A stretch of 64,000 bases of DNA from Candidatus Bathyarchaeota archaeon (GCA_963832745.1 CAWHVC010000002.1:32001-96000), one strand, 5' to 3'. Positions 1 to 10,762 are shown, counted from the stretch's first letter. Notes: generated from the letters alone by a model not told the origin. Translations and numbers: made by a program.

Positions 1-4
1 TAGG

Positions 5-421
5 TTGCAGTTGACCACTTTCCTGGCTGAAACACTCAAGTCAGGAAAAATTAAGGTAAGCCAAAACAACGTGGAAGCTGTAGAAATCACTGCGCAAGAC
101 AAAAAAATCGATGTTAACGCTAAAGACAAAGAATTCGTTAAAGAAATAATTTCTGCTGCACGAAAGGGCAGTGATGATCAGCCTAAAGGCTTGATTAGCA
201 GCATTGAACGTAGCGTAAAGACAGTGCGGAACATGCAGCCAATGGTTAAGGAAATCGCTGAAGATTTTTGCCGTGAAGGCGTAACAGTAACCCTTTCATA
301 CAAGGGCGACAAAGTGGTCACAATAGGCTCCGAGGCTGACTCAAAATTTACCCGCTTTTTAACAGGCACTAAAGGGGTAGAAGTTAACAATCCCAGAAAA
401 CTATTCGAAATGGGCATATAA
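5..421 (+). CDS. Conserved hypothetical archaeal protein
   Basis: 138-aa ORF (TTG start near window edge), protein-like composition, followed by A/T-rich tract; no motif recognised. Confidence 0.55.
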   Translation: MQLTTFLAETLKSGKIKVSQNNVEAVEITAQDKKIDVNAKDKEFVKEIISAARKGSDDQPKGLISSIERSVKTVRNMQPMVKEIAEDFCREGVTVTLSYKGDKVVTIGSEADSKFTRFLTGTKGVEVNNPRKLFEMGI

Positions 422-519
422 CAATATTCAAAAAAAATTATTTTTTTTAAACACAGAATTTAATTAATTAAGCCTAACCAGCCATATTAGCAAACGGGAC
501 AGTCTTGACTCAAAAATGG

Positions 520-1037
520 CAAACAGAATGATGGCGGCTGGACAATTCCCATGTTAACCCATAAATTGGCTAAAAAAATGGCCGGATTTAACAAGCAAAT
601 TTGCTGAACCTCTTGAACTTGACCAGTCAAAACCTTTCTCGCATAACTGGACAGACATGGTTCTCTACACGTTTGCCACTCACCCCAAATGCCGTTATTG
701 CAAAGAGGCCAAGGCACCTGCGGATTTACTTAAATCAAGCTTTTTTCAGCCAGATTTTTACTCTTCATATCAGAATTCAAGTTATTGGTTGCGATTCTAT
801 TTTTGGTGGCCTAATCTTGTAACTGCACTTGAACCGTTATCATTAATGGGTTATTCAAAAGATGACCCTGGCATTTGGAAAGGTTTGAATTGGCTTATTG
901 AAAACCAGGCAAAGGATGGTTTATGGAATTTAACGTACGTTAAAGGTGCTAAAGTTGGGATAGGGGTGCAAATGGTCGAAAACCGTTTGTGGTTGACCTT
1001 AAGGGTTGCTAGTATTTTCAAACGCTTTTTCTCGTGA
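520..1037 (+). pseudogene. C-terminal remnant of a prenyltransferase/squalene-cyclase-repeat (QxxDGxW) protein
   Basis: QNDGGW at ~525 in one frame and WLIENQAKDGLW in the 657-1037 ORF; frame change near the A-run at ~572; no N-terminal part. Confidence 0.55.
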
Positions 1038-1117
1038 GTCTTGGGGTTATTTTTTTAGTTATTATTTAGATATCGTTAAATATGACGCGTGGCATATTAT
1101 TGTTGTAGCTAACACGG

Positions 1118-1933
1118 TTGGCTAAAAAAATGAAAAAAATTTTAGCAATAACAATCACAACAATCTTCTTACTAAGCATACTTGCAAGCGTAAACATTAA
1201 CCTAAACGCACAAACCTCCGACTCCACAGCCTTAACCATAACCGGCACCGTGGACCATCCAACGAACCTGACACTCACTCAACTCCAAGCCATGCCCAAA
1301 ACAACCGAATATGCAGCTATCATCTGTGTCGACTTCCCCCAAACAATAGTCGAAGAAGGCAACTGGACAGGAGTCAAACTTGGTACTCTGCTTGAAACCG
1401 CCGGAATCCAATCTGGAGCCATCAAAATCAAAATAGCCGCAAGCGACGGCTTCTCAAGTGATTTAACTGTTGATGCTGCAATGCAAAGCAACATTATCTT
1501 GGCTTACGAAAAGGATGGACAAGCACTCAGCAGCTTAAGATTGGTGGTTCCTGGTAGATGGGGTTATAAATGGGTAAACCTTGTTACCGTAATTGAAGCA
1601 GTAAATTATAATTATCTGGGGTTTTGGGAAAGCAAGGGCTATTCTGATAACGCAATAATTGGACAAGACCCTGGAGGGAATGGAGTAAAACCGCCACAAA
1701 ACACAGTGTCACCTAGTCCAGCTGTTCCCATCACAATACCAGCCCCTTCAGCAATACCGACGCCTACCCAAAACACAACAACAGGCACTCAAGCAACCCA
1801 GCCTCCAACCCAAAACCCGACAGAAACAGCGTTTCCTTCAGAAATCTTATACGGCATTGCTATCGCAATTGTTGCCGCTATAGCAGTTATAGCTTTAGTA
1901 TTTGCACAAAAAAGTAAAAAAATAAAATTTTAA
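1118..1933 (+). CDS. Exported, membrane-anchored molybdopterin-binding oxidoreductase domain protein (sulfite oxidase/MsrP-like)
   Basis: Signal peptide; IICVD (Mo-ligand Cys), WTGVKL, LRLVVPGRWGYKWV, GFWESKGY; P/T-rich linker; C-terminal TM + basic tail. Confidence 0.85.
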   Translation: MAKKMKKILAITITTIFLLSILASVNINLNAQTSDSTALTITGTVDHPTNLTLTQLQAMPKTTEYAAIICVDFPQTIVEEGNWTGVKLGTLLETAGIQSGAIKIKIAASDGFSSDLTVDAAMQSNIILAYEKDGQALSSLRLVVPGRWGYKWVNLVTVIEAVNYNYLGFWESKGYSDNAIIGQDPGGNGVKPPQNTVSPSPAVPITIPAPSAIPTPTQNTTTGTQATQPPTQNPTETAFPSEILYGIAIAIVAAIAVIALVFAQKSKKIKF

Positions 1934-1939
1934 TTCCTT

Positions 1940-3853
1940 TTATTTTTGTTTAGCTTTTATTGCAGCTAATTTTCCGCCTGCCTTGATTTGCTCTTTTTCT
2001 TGTCTGCTCAGGCTCAAGTTGACCTTGATTTCTGTGCCTTTAGTCTTATTTTTAACCGTCAGGTTCTCAGATAGATCTTTCACATCCAACTCCAGCATGT
2101 CGCCCTGGTCTATATTGCCATAATCTTCTTTTGAGGAAAAGGTTAACGGCAAAATTCCAAAGTTTATCAGGTTAGCCATGTGGATTCTTGCGAAGGATTT
2201 GGCGATAACTGCTTTCACCCCGAGGTATTTGGGTGCGAGTGCTGCGTGTTCGCGTGAGCTGCCTTGACCATAGTTTTCGCCGCCAACGATAAAGCCGCCA
2301 TGTTTTTGGGTTGCACGTTGATAGAAGCCTGTATCCACTCGGCAGAAGGTGAATTTGCTGATTTCTGGAATGTTGCTGCGAAGGGACATGATGTCTGTTC
2401 CTCCGGGTAGGATGTCGTCAGTTGTGATGTTGTCGCCGGTTTTAAACAGGACTTCACCGCTGAGTTGGGGTGGGGTAGGTTGGAATTGTGGCAGAGGAGC
2501 AATGTTTGGTCCCATGATTACTTTGGCGTTTGGGTTTACAGTGGCTGGAATGAACATGGCGTCGCTTAAAACAAATTTGTCTGGCATTCTAATCTGTGGG
2601 AATATGCCAAGTTTACGTGGGTCAGTGATTTTGCCTGTTAATGCTGCTGCGACCGCGGTTTCTGGGCTGACAAGGTAAACTTTTGCGTCTTGGGTTCCGC
2701 TTCTGCCTTTAAAGTTGCGGTTGAAAGTGCGGAGGGATACGGCGCCGGTGGTGGGAGCTTGACCTATGCCGATGCATGGGCCGCAAGCGTTTTCGAGGAT
2801 TCTTGCGCCTGATTGTATTAGAGGTTCAAGTTCTCCGGTTACCGCAAGATTTTCCATTGCTTGGCGAGAACCCGCGGAAACGGTTAGGCTGAGGTTTTCG
2901 TGGACTTTTTTGCCCTTAAGCAGGGCTGAAACTATTTTTAGGTCGCGTAGGGATGAGTTGGTGCAGCTGCCGATGCAGACTTGGTCAACTGGGGTTCCTT
3001 CTAGTTCGCTCACAGGTTTAACATTGTCTGGACTGTGAGGCATAGCCAAAAGCGGTTCAACCTTGGCAAGGTCAATGTCGAGGACTTCACTGTATTGCGT
3101 GCCCTCGTCGGCTTTGAGTTCGGACCACTGGTTTTCGCGTCCTTGAGCAGCTAAAAACTGTCGGGTTGTCTCATCCGAGGGGAAAATGGAGGTTGTTGCG
3201 CCTGTTTCTGTACCCATGTTAGTGATTGTTCCCCGTTCAGGAACACTTAGAGTTTTGACGCCTGAACCAAAATATTCTAAGACTTTGTTTACGCCGCCCT
3301 TAACGGATAGTTTTCTTAAAACTTCGAGAATGACATCTTTCGCGGAAACAAATGGCAAGAGTTTTCCGGTTAAGTGTATGCCATAAACGTTTGGCATTTC
3401 GAGGTAGAAGGGTTCGCCTGCCATTGCTGCAGCCACGTCAAGTCCGCCCGCTCCGATTGCTATCATGCCCATGCCGCCTGCTGTTGGGGTGTGGCTGTCG
3501 CTGCCAAGAAGGGTTAAGCCTGGTTGAGCAAAACGTTCAAGATACAATTGGTGGCAGATGCCATTACCTGGTCGGCTGAAGACTATGCCGTATTTTGCTG
3601 CTACACTTTGTAGGTAACGGTGGTCGTCGGCATTGCGGAAGTCATTTTGAAGCATATTATGGTCTACGAAACTGAGGCTGAGTTGGGTTTTGACTTGTGG
3701 GATTCCCATGGCTTCAAATTCGAGGTAAGCCATTGTGCCTGTTGAATCCTGCGTTAAGGTGTGGTCAATTTTTAAGCCGACTTCTTCGCCCGGATTCATT
3801 TTGCCGTCGGCTAAGTGTTTTTCAAATATTTTTTCGGTTATGCTTTTGCCCAT
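1940..3853 (-). CDS. acn: Aconitate hydratase
   Basis: TQDSTG, DHN, GNGICH, GSDSHT, IGSCTN, CGPCIG, FNRNF, YGQGSSREHA motifs; start placed at MGKSITEK. Confidence 0.93.
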   Translation of the reverse strand: MGKSITEKIFEKHLADGKMNPGEEVGLKIDHTLTQDSTGTMAYLEFEAMGIPQVKTQLSLSFVDHNMLQNDFRNADDHRYLQSVAAKYGIVFSRPGNGICHQLYLERFAQPGLTLLGSDSHTPTAGGMGMIAIGAGGLDVAAAMAGEPFYLEMPNVYGIHLTGKLLPFVSAKDVILEVLRKLSVKGGVNKVLEYFGSGVKTLSVPERGTITNMGTETGATTSIFPSDETTRQFLAAQGRENQWSELKADEGTQYSEVLDIDLAKVEPLLAMPHSPDNVKPVSELEGTPVDQVCIGSCTNSSLRDLKIVSALLKGKKVHENLSLTVSAGSRQAMENLAVTGELEPLIQSGARILENACGPCIGIGQAPTTGAVSLRTFNRNFKGRSGTQDAKVYLVSPETAVAAALTGKITDPRKLGIFPQIRMPDKFVLSDAMFIPATVNPNAKVIMGPNIAPLPQFQPTPPQLSGEVLFKTGDNITTDDILPGGTDIMSLRSNIPEISKFTFCRVDTGFYQRATQKHGGFIVGGENYGQGSSREHAALAPKYLGVKAVIAKSFARIHMANLINFGILPLTFSSKEDYGNIDQGDMLELDVKDLSENLTVKNKTKGTEIKVNLSLSRQEKEQIKAGGKLAAIKAKQK

Positions 3854-3952
3854 AAACTGTTCCCTTCTAATTGTAAGTCTGAGTTGTTGTTTGGCAGATG
3901 TAGGGAACTTGAGAAATTTAAGGGTCACGTAGAAAATGCCAATAAAGAACGG

Positions 3953-4366
3953 TTATTTACTGCGCCATTGTTGAAGAGTTTCAAATCCAAAACCCGCGGC
4001 AGCAGCAAAGGTAAAGAGTACGGCAATAAAGTGTTCACGAGTAACTATGGGCGGCAAAAGCAACGTAATTTCCAAAACTGCTCCCAAACTGAAAAATAGA
4101 AAATAGAAAAAGAATCGAGGAACTAATGTGCCTCTAAACCTGACCATCTGAGAAAGCATAACTCTATCGGCAACATATCCACCAGCTTCTTCTTTGACTA
4201 AACCCTCGTTTTTTAGTTTCTCTAAATGGTAATGAACAAGTGAGGGACTGCTAAATCGTAGTGTACGCTGAATTTCTCTAACCCCAACAGGCTGATTACT
4301 CTTGATTATTAACAGGTAGACTTCCTGAGTCTTGCCTCGCAGTACATTTGTTGTTTTAGCAGACAA
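3953..4366 (-). CDS. Winged-helix regulator with two C-terminal TM helices
   Basis: VGVREIQRTLRFSSPSLVHYHLEKL HTH followed by hydrophobic segments. Confidence 0.75.
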   Translation of the reverse strand: MSAKTTNVLRGKTQEVYLLIIKSNQPVGVREIQRTLRFSSPSLVHYHLEKLKNEGLVKEEAGGYVADRVMLSQMVRFRGTLVPRFFFYFLFFSLGAVLEITLLLPPIVTREHFIAVLFTFAAAAGFGFETLQQWRSK

Positions 4367-4375
4367 AAAAATCCC

Positions 4376-5140
4376 TCAGCGTATCAGTATAACTTGGGTT
4401 CCAGTTAAACAGGCTTCTTCTCGGTCTCCAATATATCCAATGAAAACCCTAATAGAATAGTACCCGGGAGAGATACCATTCAAGGGCCATTGGAAACTGT
4501 AGTTTATCGTTTGGTTGGGTGAAAGAGTAACCTTTTGTACGCTTACCATACTATTTGCTGACGAATAGATTTGGTTACCGCCCAAGCCATACGCCCAAAA
4601 ACTGAAAGTTTTTAAGATTGATAGGTTAAACCCTCTTGATTGGCCGGGCGGTTGGATATTTTTAAGGTTCACTGTAAAATTTACTGTTTCAGTCGGTGAA
4701 TATGTTGATTTGTCTGAAGTAAAATCAATCTTCAGCCAGTCTTCATAAGTCTCATGCCAAGATGCAGGTTTAGCAGCAGGATAGAGATTCATGATTTCTG
4801 CTTTAGCGTTCGGTAATACTTCGATTTTCACGGTGTCACCCCATTCCACCAAATTCCAGTCTGTCTCTGAAACGATATAGCCAAGAGTGTTTCCACTTTT
4901 TACATTATTAACTGGGTCATCCCCAAAGAGGTTAACGTTCATTATATAATTCGTAAAGGGCGCGCCACCGTCTGTGCCGTAGCCGATTGTTTTGTGGTCA
5001 ACTATTCCATTGACGTAAACGGTTGAAAAGGGGCTGATGTAAACGTACTGGGGCAAGATGTAAACTGTTACAAATCCTATCACAAGGACAAGTGATACGG
5101 CAGTGATTATGGGTTTGGCTAGATCACGTCTAAGATGCAA
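4376..5140 (-). CDS. Membrane-anchored exported protein with C-terminal Ig-like domain
   Basis: N-terminal TM; beta-rich TSDKSTYSPTETVNFTVNLKN...PGYYSIRV pattern. Confidence 0.6.
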   Translation of the reverse strand: MHLRRDLAKPIITAVSLVLVIGFVTVYILPQYVYISPFSTVYVNGIVDHKTIGYGTDGGAPFTNYIMNVNLFGDDPVNNVKSGNTLGYIVSETDWNLVEWGDTVKIEVLPNAKAEIMNLYPAAKPASWHETYEDWLKIDFTSDKSTYSPTETVNFTVNLKNIQPPGQSRGFNLSILKTFSFWAYGLGGNQIYSSANSMVSVQKVTLSPNQTINYSFQWPLNGISPGYYSIRVFIGYIGDREEACLTGTQVILIR

Positions 5141-5283
5141 GGCTTTTTGCTCCCACCGCTTTTTAGGTTGAAAGAATCTATAAGTCTATGTTTTTGAACA
5201 CCTGTTCAAACCACTTAGAACAGCTTAACATAATAAAAAGCGTTTAATTGTTGAAGACAGTAAGAACAAGCTGAGGGCACACT

Positions 5284-6051
5284 TTGCAGTTTAAAGAAAA
5301 AATTAAACAAACCAGTAAAGCAAATAACTCGCGAATAGTTTTAGCCTTGGACTTTCCCTATCAAGACCCAAACAACCGCCAAGAATTAATTTCTAAAGCT
5401 GAAGCCATACTGGAACAAGTTTACCCATATATTTGTGCTGTAAAATTTAACAATCATCTAACTTTGCCACTTGGACTGTTTGATGGGGTTAAGAAGCTTG
5501 TTGACAAAATCCACAGCAAAGACCTATTTGCAATTATGGACGCCAAAGTTAACGATATCGGCAATACCAACCAAGTAATAGCCGACTATTTCTACGCTGC
5601 AGGATTTGACGCAATAATCGCCAACCCCTTCATTGGATGGGAAGACGGATTAAAACCAATTTTCGAGGCTTCACGCAAACAAAACAAAGGCGTAATTCTT
5701 CTCACATATATGAGCCATAAAGGTGCAAGCGAAGGCTATGGCCAATCAGTAATCGACCCTGCCACAGGTCAAGCTACACTACAATACTTGCTGTTTGCAA
5801 AGAAAGCTGTTGCTTACGAAGCCGACGGCACAGTGGTTGGAGCAACGTTTCCAGAAAAAATAAAAGAAATACACCAAATTTTAGGCGAAAAAGTCCCCAT
5901 TTACTCACCTGGTGTTGGTGCTCAAGGTGGAAGCGCTGAAGTTGCAATCAAAGCTGGCACAAGCTACTTAATTGTTGGTCGCGAGATTGTTTTGGCTGTT
6001 AATCCTGCTGAAGCTGCTCGTAGGCTTAGGGACTTGACAAAAATTGTTTAG
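5284..6051 (+). CDS. pyrF: Orotidine-5'-phosphate decarboxylase
   Basis: LALD, DAKVNDIGNT (DxKxxD), PGVGAQGG, IVGR motifs. Confidence 0.95.
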   Translation: MQFKEKIKQTSKANNSRIVLALDFPYQDPNNRQELISKAEAILEQVYPYICAVKFNNHLTLPLGLFDGVKKLVDKIHSKDLFAIMDAKVNDIGNTNQVIADYFYAAGFDAIIANPFIGWEDGLKPIFEASRKQNKGVILLTYMSHKGASEGYGQSVIDPATGQATLQYLLFAKKAVAYEADGTVVGATFPEKIKEIHQILGEKVPIYSPGVGAQGGSAEVAIKAGTSYLIVGREIVLAVNPAEAARRLRDLTKIV

Positions 6052-6055
6052 GCGG

Positions 6056-6211
6056 TTATCTTCCGCGTTTGTTTTCCCATAATTCTTTCTTAAGCAAGTC
6101 CCTTACTGAACTGCGTATGACGCTGCTTCTGCTTGGGTACATGTTTGCTCGGACTAATTCATCTAAGCCTTCTAGATAGGCTTCCGGTAGTAAGACTGTT
6201 ACAAGTTTCAT
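6056..6211 (-). CDS. Ribbon-helix-helix (CopG/CdrS-like) regulator, 51 aa, absent from ORF track
   Basis: Manual translation MKLVTVLLPEAYLEGLDELVRANMYPSRSSVIRSSVRDLLKKELWENKRGR*. Confidence 0.88.
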   Translation of the reverse strand: MKLVTVLLPEAYLEGLDELVRANMYPSRSSVIRSSVRDLLKKELWENKRGR

Positions 6212-6353
6212 TTTGTTTATTTCCCCTCAAACTATGTTATGCTTATAACATGCGCCAAATATAAAATTTAGTGCTGACCTGTGAAATGTTCAAGGAACGT
6301 CTGATTAAACTTTGCAAACACCTTTTCAGCAACCCATTTGGGTAACTTACAAG

Positions 6354-6686
6354 TTAAACATCGTCTTTTGCGTTTTTAAGCGTCTTCATGGCGCTTCCTA
6401 AAGCTTTAGGCAAATCATCCACATAGACGCCTTGACGCTTAATACCTTCCTGAACAGCGCCAGCACCAATAAAAGCCGCGCCAATAACCGAAGTGACAAG
6501 CGGATCAGGCATAACCATCAAAGCCGCTCCAGTACGAATTAGCCAAGGCTTGCTTTCCCCTTTAGAAAGACTTCTAGTCGCAACCAAATCAGATTTGACA
6601 CTTTTTACAGCATCGGCCGTTTCAGCACGAGTTTTCGCTAATTCTTGAAGAGATTTAGTTATTGATTTAAGCTCTTTAGTGTCCAT
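6354..6686 (-). CDS. Hypothetical protein with hydrophobic hairpin
   Basis: 110-aa ORF; GAALMVMPDPLVTSVIGAAFIGAG segment. Confidence 0.6.
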   Translation of the reverse strand: MDTKELKSITKSLQELAKTRAETADAVKSVKSDLVATRSLSKGESKPWLIRTGAALMVMPDPLVTSVIGAAFIGAGAVQEGIKRQGVYVDDLPKALGSAMKTLKNAKDDV

Positions 6687-6873
6687 CCGCCGCTGACGCT
6701 CCTTAACCTTGTACCTTTGCTATGGCTCACGTCAGAGAAAAGGTTATGCTCTCAAAAAGACCATGAAATTTAATCGGACCGTTGTTTATAATGGCAGTTT
6801 TTTGTTGTTTAAACTACATAAATTGGCTATGGAGGCAAGCTGGTTTTTTCATGATAAGTTAAATGATGAAAAC

Positions 6874-7344
6874 CTATTTTTGTTTAGCCTTTGGGTATTG
6901 AGTGTAGTAATCTTGAGGTTTCAATACAACGCTCCGTACTCGTTGAACCCGTTTACTGGTGTTAGCCTTTTTCTGAAGCAGCAATACGTCTTTGGGTTTG
7001 CTGAATTTTTCAACGGTACCGTCGTCACGTTTACGTTCTAACTTTATGCAGTCATCAACTTGACAGTTTAATACGCAGGCGCCGCAATAAACACACAAGT
7101 CATCGACGATTTCGACTTTGCCGGTGCCCCAGTATAACGCGTTTGTTGGACAAACTTTAATGCATTCTTTGCATTGAACGCCCAGGCAAGTGTAGTTGTT
7201 GATGCTGATTTTGCCTTCTTTGAAAAGGTCTTTTACGCCTGTTGGCGCTAAAAGTTCTTCTCGGTTCTTTTTCTTTTCAGAATCAGCATTATCTCCTGAT
7301 GAAAGCATTCCGAAGATATCGATGGACCCTTTATTCTGAGGCAT
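6874..7344 (-). CDS. 2x[4Fe-4S] ferredoxin-domain protein
   Basis: CLGVQCKECIKVCP and CVYCGACVLNC. Confidence 0.85.
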   Translation of the reverse strand: MPQNKGSIDIFGMLSSGDNADSEKKKNREELLAPTGVKDLFKEGKISINNYTCLGVQCKECIKVCPTNALYWGTGKVEIVDDLCVYCGACVLNCQVDDCIKLERKRDDGTVEKFSKPKDVLLLQKKANTSKRVQRVRSVVLKPQDYYTQYPKAKQK

Positions 7345-7554
7345 TACAAATCATCATTTACGGCTAACTATTAAAAAGTATAATTCGTTGATAATAATAC
7401 TTTATCTTACAAAAACTAACAAACCAATAAGAAAACATCATTTTTCAATTCTTAGTTTCTTCAAGAAAGGCATCAATTGATTACTTGCTCATCACTTATA
7501 CATGAAAGTTTATTGTTTCATTTCTTTTAATCGGAGGCTATGGAGATATGACTC

Positions 7555-8007
7555 TTGAAATGGAAATTAATGGCTTTAGGGTCTTTGACGACTCTAACAC
7601 TGGTTATAATAGTGCTTCTCTCGATGTTTGCCTCCGGTGCGGTTGCCGTAACAGCAACTGTATCATCAAGTGGAGTAATTACGACACCAAATTTATCCGT
7701 CTATTCTGACAGCGCCTGCACAAAAAGACTAACATCAATCGATTGGGGAAATATTGCACAAGGCAGTCAAGTCACCAAGACTGTATACGTTAAAAATGAA
7801 GGCACTACTGCACTAACTTTGCATATGAGTACAACAAATTGGAATCCGGCAACGGCATCTGGTCCAATAACCATATCATGGGACCGCGAAAGTACAGCCT
7901 TAGCCGTAAACCAGGTAACAACTGTAACTTTAACCCTAAAAACTGCGGCGACAATAAGCGGCGTAACCACTTTCAGCACAAACATCGTAATATCAGGTAC
8001 AGCATAA
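7555..8007 (+). CDS. Exported beta-rich surface protein
   Basis: N-terminal signal/TM; S/T-rich Ig-like pattern (IDWG...VYVKNEG). Confidence 0.7.
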   Translation: MKWKLMALGSLTTLTLVIIVLLSMFASGAVAVTATVSSSGVITTPNLSVYSDSACTKRLTSIDWGNIAQGSQVTKTVYVKNEGTTALTLHMSTTNWNPATASGPITISWDRESTALAVNQVTTVTLTLKTAATISGVTTFSTNIVISGTA

Positions 8008-8211
8008 ATCACCACTTTACTTTTTTTTGTTAATAAGGCAAGCCAGATAGCGGTTTTATTCTAGCAAAGACAGCTTTTCATTTTTAGCAAAATTAACTTC
8101 CTATCTTGTTAACCTCAATCAATCAACCATTTAATCGGCTTCACAAAAACGCTCAAATTATCAGCAGACTATTAGCCATTAAATTCAGCGAAGGGAGAGG
8201 GAGACGAAATA

Positions 8212-8571
8212 GTGAGAAGATCAGTGCTCGATAAGATTTATCGAGAAATGTTGAGCATCCGTTACAGGCTTGATGACCTTGAAAAGAACATGTCACAGTG
8301 GAACCCCCAGCCAACTCAGATTCCGGAAATGAAACTTTTACTGCTTCCAGACCATTTAAGAAAAACTTTCACAACGGTTGCAGCCAAAGGTGAATGTGAC
8401 GCCACAATTGTTTCAAACGTTACGGGTCGAAGCCGAGCAGTTGAAAGCAACTACTTAAATCAGCTTGCCCGCATGGGTTGGTTAAATAAACGTAGAGTTT
8501 CAAAAACTATTAGTTTCAGGCTTGTGGAACTTAAGGATAATGAAGGTGAGTCAGAGTTAACCCGAATTTGA
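8212..8571 (+). CDS. Coiled-coil + winged-helix transcription regulator
   Basis: LPDHLRKT...ATIVSNVTGRSRAVESNYLNQLARMGWL; SD-like GGGAG upstream. Confidence 0.75.
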   Translation: MRRSVLDKIYREMLSIRYRLDDLEKNMSQWNPQPTQIPEMKLLLLPDHLRKTFTTVAAKGECDATIVSNVTGRSRAVESNYLNQLARMGWLNKRRVSKTISFRLVELKDNEGESELTRI

Positions 8572-8606
8572 GACTCTCTTCAAAAAGAAACTCTTTATTT
8601 GGCAAC

Positions 8607-9416
8607 TTATCTTTTCCCGTTTGGTTTTTCGGCGGCAGTTTGCCAAAGCATTTCAAAATAGTCTTGAGCTAACCCGATAAGACCCTTATTGTTTGTCCAT
8701 AAAGCTGGTGAACCAGAAATATCCATCTTTGGGTCTATTATTACAAAAAGCTCTCGGCTATCATACAGGCCAAACACTGTTTTAGGCATGTTTACAAGGA
8801 AACGTGCTTGGAAAGAAGGATAAATGTTCCAAAGTTTGTTGCCTGCTTCGTTTACTTCTTCTGATGGCGCCTTTTCAACTATAAAACGGTAATTAATTTT
8901 CCGTTCAGCCGCCCTTTGCGCGCTTTCAAGAAAAACGTTACCTACACCATGAACGAAACGTTTCCAAGAAATAACAACACTAACTGAGTATCGTGAATTA
9001 TCGATTGCTTGACGAATCCGATTAACTATTGCCTCTTTTTGTGGAATCAAAATAAATTGGTTAGCAGCTTCAGCTTGATCTATCATATTTCTTTTCTTGA
9101 ATGAACCTAAAAGGGCGTCTGTTTCATTTTTTAATCGTTCATATTCAGCCTGTTTCTTAATTAAAAGAACTTTGATTCCTTCCTCGATAGGTAAAGCTTT
9201 AAACTGAACAGGTACTTCAACAAGTTTTTCAACCAATCCCAATTCATAAAGCTTGTTTAATGTTCGGTACACGTCTGGTCTTGCAACGTCTGAGGCTTTA
9301 GCTAACAAAGCAATTTTTGAAATGCCAAATCTTGCAAGAGCTAAGTAAACCCTGGCTTGCACTAATGTGAGACCCAAATCTGTTAACGTTTGAACTTCTG
9401 TCGGCTCAGATTCCAC
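8607..9416 (-). CDS. TrmB-family transcription regulator
   Basis: LGLTLVQARVYLAL...RPDVYRTLNKLYELGLV; C-terminal YFEMLW effector domain. Confidence 0.9.
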   Translation of the reverse strand: MESEPTEVQTLTDLGLTLVQARVYLALARFGISKIALLAKASDVARPDVYRTLNKLYELGLVEKLVEVPVQFKALPIEEGIKVLLIKKQAEYERLKNETDALLGSFKKRNMIDQAEAANQFILIPQKEAIVNRIRQAIDNSRYSVSVVISWKRFVHGVGNVFLESAQRAAERKINYRFIVEKAPSEEVNEAGNKLWNIYPSFQARFLVNMPKTVFGLYDSRELFVIIDPKMDISGSPALWTNNKGLIGLAQDYFEMLWQTAAEKPNGKR

Positions 9417-9519
9417 CTATTTGTCTCTCCAAGTCTGATTTCACACTTATACAAACCCTGATTATGATGAAAGGACAACTAACAGGTCATAAATATATTT
9501 TCATATTTACTCACACGCT

Positions 9520-10125
9520 TCATTGTTTATACCACTTTGCAAATTTGCTAACTGCCTTAGCCCTATGGGAAAAATGGTTTTTTTCTTCAATAGTCATTTC
9601 AGCAAACGTCTTTTTACTTTGGGAAGGCTGAAAAATTGGATCAAACCCAAAACCAGAGTTGCCATCACCCTTGTGTTCTGTAAGCGTTATTTCACCTGCT
9701 GATTCGCCTTCAAAAATCAGCGGATTGGTCGCTTGACTGCAGTATACTATGGCTGAACGAAAAGTTGCTTTACGGTTTTGTTCGTTCTCCAATAGCTTGA
9801 GTATTCCTTTGTTATGAATTGTCTTGTAAACATAGGCCGCATACGGACCTGGAAAACCATTTAAGGCATCAACAAATAAGCCCGCATCTTCAACAATCAG
9901 CGGCAAATTACACCTGTTAAATGCTTTTATTGCACTGTTTTCTGCGATTTCGTTTATGCTATCACTTTGGATTTCGTCGCCCTTCATTTTAAGCATGCCG
10001 ACGGCTATTCCCATAGGCTTTAAAATGCTGCGCACCTCGTTGAATTTGTGAAAGTTGCCGGTTATGAAAAAAACCATTTTTCCATTAAACTCTGATTCAG
10101 CGTTACTGTTTGCGTTCTTCAACAT
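9520..10125 (-). CDS. rdgB: Non-canonical purine NTP (dITP/XTP) pyrophosphatase, HAM1 family
   Basis: TGNFHK, EDAGL..DALNGFPGPY, GFGFDPIF, SHR motifs. Confidence 0.95.
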   Translation of the reverse strand: MLKNANSNAESEFNGKMVFFITGNFHKFNEVRSILKPMGIAVGMLKMKGDEIQSDSINEIAENSAIKAFNRCNLPLIVEDAGLFVDALNGFPGPYAAYVYKTIHNKGILKLLENEQNRKATFRSAIVYCSQATNPLIFEGESAGEITLTEHKGDGNSGFGFDPIFQPSQSKKTFAEMTIEEKNHFSHRAKAVSKFAKWYKQ

Positions 10126-10762
10126 AGCGTCCTCGCCTTTCAATTTCACTGATTTTCTCATAAACCTTTTCCGTCAACTCGTCACCTAATACCAGACTGT
10201 AACCTGCAAGAACATCTTCAAAGCAGCTTTCCCAAAAAACAAAATGTGTACTCTGTAAAGCACGTTTTAGAAGGTGCAAATCGACCCCTTTAGCTTCCAA
10301 TTCAACGTTTTTTTCACCTAAACCAAAATCTACAAGATAAATCGTGCCTTGCTTGTCCAATATCATGTTTGAAGTTGTCAAGTCACCGTGGATTAAGCCT
10401 TCCTTGTGAAGTTTGCCAACTAACTCGCCGATTTTACAGCAGATTTTTTTACGTTCAGCTTTCGGTGCCCTGTTTAGGTACTGCTTTATTTGAACGCCTT
10501 CAATATATTCCATTACGATTGTGGCTTCTGGAACGTTTACCATGTAAATCAGTGGTGTTGGTACTCCAGCGGCTTTGGCTTGATGCATTAACTGGGGTTC
10601 ATGAACTGTTCGGTAACTGCGGATTTGTCTATCTAAGGCTTCGGGTCTGTACAGTTTGGGAATGCGCGTTTTAATTAATGCTTTTCTTCCGTGCCAGTCT
10701 GAAAGGTAAAGGCTGGCTTCAGCGCCCTTCCTTAACAGAACAGGGTATGTTAATTTATCCAT
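10103..10762 (-). CDS. bud32: KEOPS kinase Bud32
   Basis: GAEA, HGDLTTSN, DFGL, RGRY; adjacent to kae1. Confidence 0.95.
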   Translation of the reverse strand: MDKLTYPVLLRKGAEASLYLSDWHGRKALIKTRIPKLYRPEALDRQIRSYRTVHEPQLMHQAKAAGVPTPLIYMVNVPEATIVMEYIEGVQIKQYLNRAPKAERKKICCKIGELVGKLHKEGLIHGDLTTSNMILDKQGTIYLVDFGLGEKNVELEAKGVDLHLLKRALQSTHFVFWESCFEDVLAGYSLVLGDELTEKVYEKISEIERRGRYVEERKQ

